Made by a program: the position numbers and the translations under genes
The notes under the pieces: model-generated
What the model saw: only the letters and a program-made list of their open reading frames with translations
Databases searched by the model: none
Told to the model about the DNA's origin: nothing
Source: Octopus vulgaris
Lineage: Eukaryota
Assembly (NCBI GenBank): GCA_951406725.2
Contig: OX597818.1
Span: 14,570,001-14,634,000 of the forward strand
Direction of reading: 5' to 3'
Length of the DNA stretch: 64,000 bases
Part shown: in pieces, positions 57,941 to 64,000 of the stretch
How positions within the stretch are numbered: position 1 is the stretch's first letter
Layout: each line of letters begins with the position of its first letter

Positions 57941-59908
57941 TGGTTAATCCATTAGATGTAAGCTCGTTAAAATGGCGTAAAATGCCCTTTATTATAGTTT
58001 ACTATAGACGTAGCGAACGGGAAACACACGCTCACAAACATAGAGACACTGATAGAATTGAAAACAGCAAAACGTGTACACACGGAGTTCAAGCGAAGCG
58101 TACTGTTGTCAGTATAGACGCAAAACACACTTTCTGTAACGTAGTTATGCTATAAAACTTTTTTTTGTGAATATTTCCAAAAGAAATATTCCAGCGTCGG
58201 AAAGTCACCAATTTAGTAAAAATTACTATGCGTCACCAATGTAACAAAGTACAGAAAGTCAGCATTTATGTGGAACATGTACTAAATGTTATTAAATGTT
58301 ATTAAATTCAGGATTAAACGTAACGGTGAAGTCAAGCCCGAAGAAAATTCAATTTTTCTTATAAAAATAATTTATTATTTTACAATTTTTAAACGAGCGC
58401 TGTACAAAGTGTATACGAAGGAATATGTTGTTGTTGAAAACATTAAGTAATTTAAAAGATTTGCTGAAGGATATATGTAGCAAAACATAAATTAATTTGA
58501 CATTACTATATATTCTAACTGTGTAAGGTTATAGGCTGTAGAATAAATACTGACTAATACTGACCAACGCAAAAATGTTGCGCGGCATTGAATACTAACA
58601 GTGTTAAAGCAGCGTAGTAGGAATACGACAAGGACTCTAGGACTGTTAAAACAGCATTATCTTCAAACTGGTTATAAGGACTGGAATAACATTTCTGTAA
58701 TTATATTGAAAGAGCCGCTAAGGCTTTCTACTTCGCCAAGTTTCCGAATTTGTTATAATAACCAGAATAACATTTTTTTTCAGATATATTTGCGAGTGTT
58801 TTGAGTGCTGTTAAATGAGCCAAATCTTCACGCTGGTTATAAAAACCAGACAAATATTCCAGCACATAAGTAGTGATAATCGTTAATCCTGTTTAAAACG
58901 CAACTCTCCATGAGGAAAAGGAAAACCCAAACAGTGATACTTCAAAGTGAATGCTGATGTTCGTTCAACATCCAGGCCGTAACTAAATTAAACTCTTTCA
59001 AAATCGATGCGTTTCACTGTTGGCGGTACGATTACATACATATAGTAAGACAGACACTCACAGACATACATTCAAGCAGACCTCAAGCCTATCGCTTTCT
59101 CTTTGTGTGTCTGTTTCTGTATTTAGATATGTGTGTGAGTGAGTGAGTGAGTGAGTGAGTGAGTGAGTGAGTGCGTGTATGTGTGTGTGAGTGTGTGTCA
59201 GTCGTCACACCTTCACATACACTCACACATATACTTCTTGATCATCGGCCTACCAAAGGTAACGATCGCACAAACACACACAAATTGACAGACACATACA
59301 CAGTCGGACAGAACATGTGACGTCGTCATCATCGTGGTATAAAATGTTATTTACGGTAGTTAACTTATAGAAAGATCATAATGTCAAACTTTTACAATGC
59401 AAATATTTAAACGAAAATAAAGTTTATTTGGTAGCCGAAAGATTACTGAATCTTTTGATACCCCATACGTCAAAATCGACAACTAAGTTTTCGAATGTAT
59501 AAGGAACATATGCACACACATATACACAAACTCTGCTTTATTTATATAGAAATACTAGTAATGCATCCCGGCGTTACCCGGAGGTTATGATCTACAAGCA
59601 CATTGTATTGTTTGCTCTTTTCTTATGGGAAGAATTGGCACAGCTGATATATAGTTAATGGAATAATGGAAGCTATTGTTTGTTTAATAGTGAAAGGCGA
59701 GGGTGAAATTTGCATGAAAGTGCATTCTGTTCTTAAGAAGGATCAGAGACTATGTAATGTTTCATCGTATACGAGGAGATTAATGCGATTTTGTCCAGAA
59801 ATTACGTTTTCGATATTTTAATTTTCCCCTTATCCCCACCGCAAATTTGTAACTTTTTTCGAATTTTTTGTCATCTACATAGAAAAGTACAGAGATTACG
59901 AATCTGGG

Positions 59909-59978
<70 letters not shown>

Positions 59979-60176
59979 ATGATAAAATAGGGTAATAATA
60001 AATTATTATTACCAGTGGCCTAGCACAAAAAACGAATTAGTGATTAGACTATATATAATTCATATAGAAATACAATAAGAGGCTTCCAAATAGGAAAGCG
60101 TTGTGCTAGAACACAAAAAAAAAGGATAAATTCCCGAAAGGAATGAAAATTAAAAACGTTTACCATCTCAACTATT

Positions 60177-60246
60177 TCCCAGACCGACGGTTTCTAACTA
60201 TTTCCAGCAAAAAAGTATTTGCTGAAGGCCAGTTTCTTCAGTGGGA
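60177..60246 (-). ncRNA. Type I hammerhead ribozyme motif (intact core, GUC site)
   Basis: tccca-CTGAAGA-aactg...tagtta-GAAACC-GTC-GGTC-tggga. Confidence 0.85.
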
Positions 60247-60379
60247 CAGCCTTTAGAATCCAGACATACATCCTCTCTGTGGCCGGGTAAAATCTGCGTC
60301 TGCGCAGTGGTTTGAAAAGTTAGGATTTACAAACCGTTAGGCCTACATGTGGATCTAGCGGTCTGGATTCTAAAGGCTG

Positions 60380-60449
60380 TCCCACTGAAGAAACTGGCCT
60401 CCAGCAAATACGTTTTTGTTGGAAATAGTTAGAAACCGTCAATCTGGGA
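60380..60449 (+). ncRNA. Hammerhead copy with broken stem III
   Basis: tccca-CTGAAGA-...-GAAACCGTCAATC-tggga. Confidence 0.6.
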
Positions 60450-60558
60450 AATAGTTGAGATGGTAAAAGTTTTTAATTTTCATTTCTTTCGTGAATTTAT
60501 CCTTTTTTGTGTGTTCTGGCGCAACGCTTTCCTATTTGGAAGCCTCTTATTGTATTTA

Positions 60559-60627
<69 letters not shown>

Positions 60628-61713
60628 ATTTTTCTTAAAGAAATACTCAATGCCCCTTCCTCCACCTCACCCACCCATCACCTACCAGCTTTCAAAAAGC
60701 TAAAATCTCCCAATCTTTCATTTTTAGCTGATGTTATCCTCATGTGTAGAATTCTACTGAAATAGTAGACTTAAAAAATACCTGACCACCACCAGAAAAC
60801 CAGACATGCTAGAAACAACAAGCAAATAATATTATTTCTGAAGAAACTTCCCCGTTTACCAAAAAGTTAAAATTGAAACATTGGAAATGTGTAGCTTTTT
60901 GAAAGTGATGAAGCGATGGGTAAAATTCTTAACGATTCGTACTCTCTATTTTTTCTCCATGTATTACCAAGTGGAAAAATTTTTTAAATGTAAAAAATGA
61001 ATTTGGTGTGGAGAGGGAGAAAATTAAATATTGAGAACGTATTTTGTGGGTGAAATCATAATCTCCTGTGTCGCAAACATAGGAATCGGAAGAAATTTAG
61101 GAAAAATATAAGGTGGGGACGGAAATGCCACCTCAGACATGCTCGAAAAAAGAAATAAAGGACAGGATTTCTGGGAAAACTTCATCTTAAGTTTATATCG
61201 AAGATCAGATTTAAAATATGCTCATCACAAACACAAATTAAACAATAGAAAAAGATCCTTTCACTTGGATTTGAGCTGTAAATTTATGCCTACACACTAC
61301 AAGAAATAATGTAATTCAGATGTTTTACCTGGAGTGTGAGTATTTGTGTCAAAGGAAGTTATTTTATGGCATTCTTTCGTTTGAAGAAGCATAGTTGTCA
61401 ACTCAACATATAAGGGATCATATGATTGTTCGTTAATTTCCGTAAAATTCTATTAATTTCTGTATGCTTTGAAGACAGCAGAAATTGAAAGAGAGGATAC
61501 AGTGAAAAGGCGACATTTGCTTTGAAGTGAAAGGAGAAAGTAAAAGAGAGAAAACGTGTAAGATATACGTGTATATGAAATGGACGCGTATGTGTATGTT
61601 AGAGAGAGAGAAAGAAAGGAAGAAAAGAAGAGAGAAACAAACAAAGAGAGAGTGAGTGAAGGTGTGTGTTGTGATGCATGAATATTTTGACATTTATGTA
61701 TAAGTGACACTCG

Positions 61714-61763
<50 letters not shown>

Positions 61764-61799
61764 TTATCTTTCATACACACGTATATAGCGTAGGTAAAG

Positions 61800-62490
61800 A
61801 ATACGCACACCACTCGTTTTCGGCGTAACCCTAACACTAACCTTAACACTACAAATTCATATACATACATACACTCCCACACATACACTGACAGACATAC
61901 ACACTAACATACAAGATGTGACGTTGTCATCGTCATCGTGGTATAAACTGTCCTATACTATATTTGACTATAGAAAGATTATCTCTATAAAATGTTATAT
62001 TGTTTTAATGGAAATGAAAAAATTAATTTAACGGTAAATGTTACAATAATTATTAGAGATAAATTTCTTTATATATATATTAAGCACATGTATTAAATGT
62101 TAATTTAAGGGTTAATATGTAACTGTAAATACCTCGCTACTTTGCAACTGCTGCGATAATTATTAACTGGTAATTTAACGGTAAATGATATTTTTATATA
62201 CCTTGGACTTAGTGTTATCACATTAGAATTAAAAGTGAAAGAACAAAAGTGAAAGAATATAATAGTCATTCACAACATTCTCTTTTGACACGTAATATCA
62301 AATCAGTCTAAAAGATTGCTCCAGGCCCGCATTAGGCAAGAAGTTGAGAAGATTTTTTGTCCCTTTACACTCTATGGACCCTAAGTAATGCATGTGTAAA
62401 ATTTGAATGAAATCGGTTTGGTAGTTCTCGAATTTTAGAGATTCACGCATAAGGCAAACAAACATACATTCTCAACTTTATATATATAGA
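61800..62490 (-). mobile_element. Non-autonomous Helitron-like fragment
   Basis: 62375-62490 resembles 3838-3960 (5' TC end). 61910-61980 resembles 59310-59378. Confidence 0.55.
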
Positions 62491-62504
62491 TATGCATGTA
62501 TATA

Positions 62505-63380
62505 CAAGGGGCGGTGAATACATTGTCACCTAAATTACGCAAAATGAAAATAACACTGTCATCTTATTTTAGCAGATATATTAACCAAAATTGCTTTAAA
62601 AATATCTTGAAATACTAAAGGATAAATTTATTCAATAAAATAGTCATTGACTTCAATTACGTCCTCCAGACGACTTCGGAATCTTCTGCAACTCTTCTGG
62701 ACGGTCACCTTGTTTAAGTTGGTGAATGCTGCCATAATCCTTGCCTTCAGTTAGCGTTTAGTGTTACAAGGAGTTTTATTGGTTTCTAGCTCAATTGCGC
62801 CACACACATAATTATAAATGAGGGTTGTAGTCTGGGGAGTTAGATGGCCAGATGTTAGGGGTGAGTGGGTGCAGAAATTGTCTGATAGCCATGAATGGTT
62901 TCTCCTGCTTGTGTGGCATAGTGCAGAGTCCTGTCGCCAGACAGAGTCTTCCAGCAGCCACCCGCTTGACCCAGGGCAGCACTGCCTCCTCCAGGTACTT
63001 GATGTAGTCCTTTGTGTTGAGTCTGAGGTCGTGTGGGAAGATGAATGGAGGTATAACATCGCCATCACTAGTGATCGCTCCAAACACGATGATGATGACT
63101 GAATGTTCGATTTTTATCACTCACTGTACCTGTTCTCAGATAGCACTGTCCTCAAATTGACACCCAAACATTGAAATGTTCATAATTGAGCTTCCAGCGC
63201 GAATACCCAACAGTACAGCATGTCATTTCCAAATTTATGGCCGAGTGAATTGCGTCATGATACTGTTTTTCTCAAAGACGATGCCCAACTGCCCATACTA
63301 TACTGTGTAGTCGACAAAATCAAAAACAAACCATGCGCATGCATGAAATTAAACATATAAAATGGTGACAACTAACCCTG
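62505..63380 (-). mobile_element. mariner-like (DD37D/maT-type) transposon, decayed
   Basis: VFGAITSDGDVIPPFIFPHDLRLNTKDYIKYLEEAVLPW, QDSALCHTS, WPSNSPDYNP. TA-flanked caaggg...ccctg ends. Confidence 0.85.
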
Positions 63381-63435
63381 TATATATGTGTTTGTGTGTG
63401 TGTGTGTGTATCTGTATAATTATATATACATATAT

Positions 63436-63960
63436 AAAAAATTAGTGTGCATTTTAACGCAAGTGAGGCGACCCTTGACAGGCAACCTTACATGCTAGTC
63501 AAAACGACCAAAACCACATTTAAGTGCAATTTCGAAGGGAATGAAAAATAAAAACTTTTACCTTGTTTTTTTTTCTTTTACAGCCATACCTAAATTTCGA
63601 ACTCTCATTAGCAAATAAAATAATTTGCTAAGCGAAGTTCTCATTAGTGGCTACGCCAAAACATTAACATATAATTTAGAGACAGAATAACACTATCTCA
63701 ACATTATATATTATAATTTATCAAATTCACCACGCAAGCGCGGTTTCAATCGGCAGCACAAGTAAAAGAAGGCCGAAATTAATTTCTGAAATTGCTAAAA
63801 TCATATTTATACAATATAGGATAGCGAAATTTTAGAAATTTCGCTACCAGTGCCCTAGCATGTATAAAAAGTCAATAGACAATATATTTTCCATATAAAA
63901 TTAGTGTACATTTAAACACAAGTGAGGCGACCCTTAACAGGCAACCTTACATACTAGAAG
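63436..63960 (-). mobile_element. ~459 nt monomer plus ~60 bp direct repeat with a degenerate hammerhead (63581-63653)
   Basis: attagtgt...gaggcgacccttracaggcaaccttacat at 63441 and 63900. tagcca-CTAATGA-gaactt...gagttc-GAAATTTAGGTA-tggctg. Confidence 0.75.
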
Positions 63961-64000
63961 TGTGTGTTTGTGTGTACATATGTATGTATATATATATATA

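Larger units (their letters stand above)
59985..60557. mobile_element. ORF-less fold-back element (arms ~197 bp, 60068-60557) with a hammerhead in each arm
   Basis: 60068-60264 is the reverse complement of 60361-60557. Homolog of the 23.4-24.0 kb element. (TA)n flanks. Confidence 0.85.

Overview
AT-rich eukaryotic DNA dense in (TA)n/(CA)n/(AAT)n microsatellites. The repeat content looks like an octopus (coleoid cephalopod) intronic or intergenic region; this is an inference. I cannot support any intact host gene, and nearly all listed ORFs are microsatellite translation artefacts. The window is a mosaic of decayed transposons: Penelope-like elements (RT + GIY-YIG, with inverted ends), a ~9 kb cluster of R4/Dong LINEs beside (AAT)n arrays, CR1/L2-type and RTE LINE fragments, a full-length but frameshifted DD34E Tc1, mariner/maT, hAT and Helitron remnants, MITEs and several tRNA-derived SINE families. 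The main result is a set of ORF-less 300-600 bp elements embedded in (TA)n that carry type I hammerhead ribozyme motifs (stem I-CTGANGA-stem II-GAAA-short stem III-NUH-stem I). About a dozen motifs can be read by eye and five have an intact core. The elements occur as long fold-back hairpins or as ~335-525 nt monomer-plus-partial tandem copies, and look like a family of Penelope-mobilised retrozyme-type RNAs. All structures were read by eye and none has been computed or tested.
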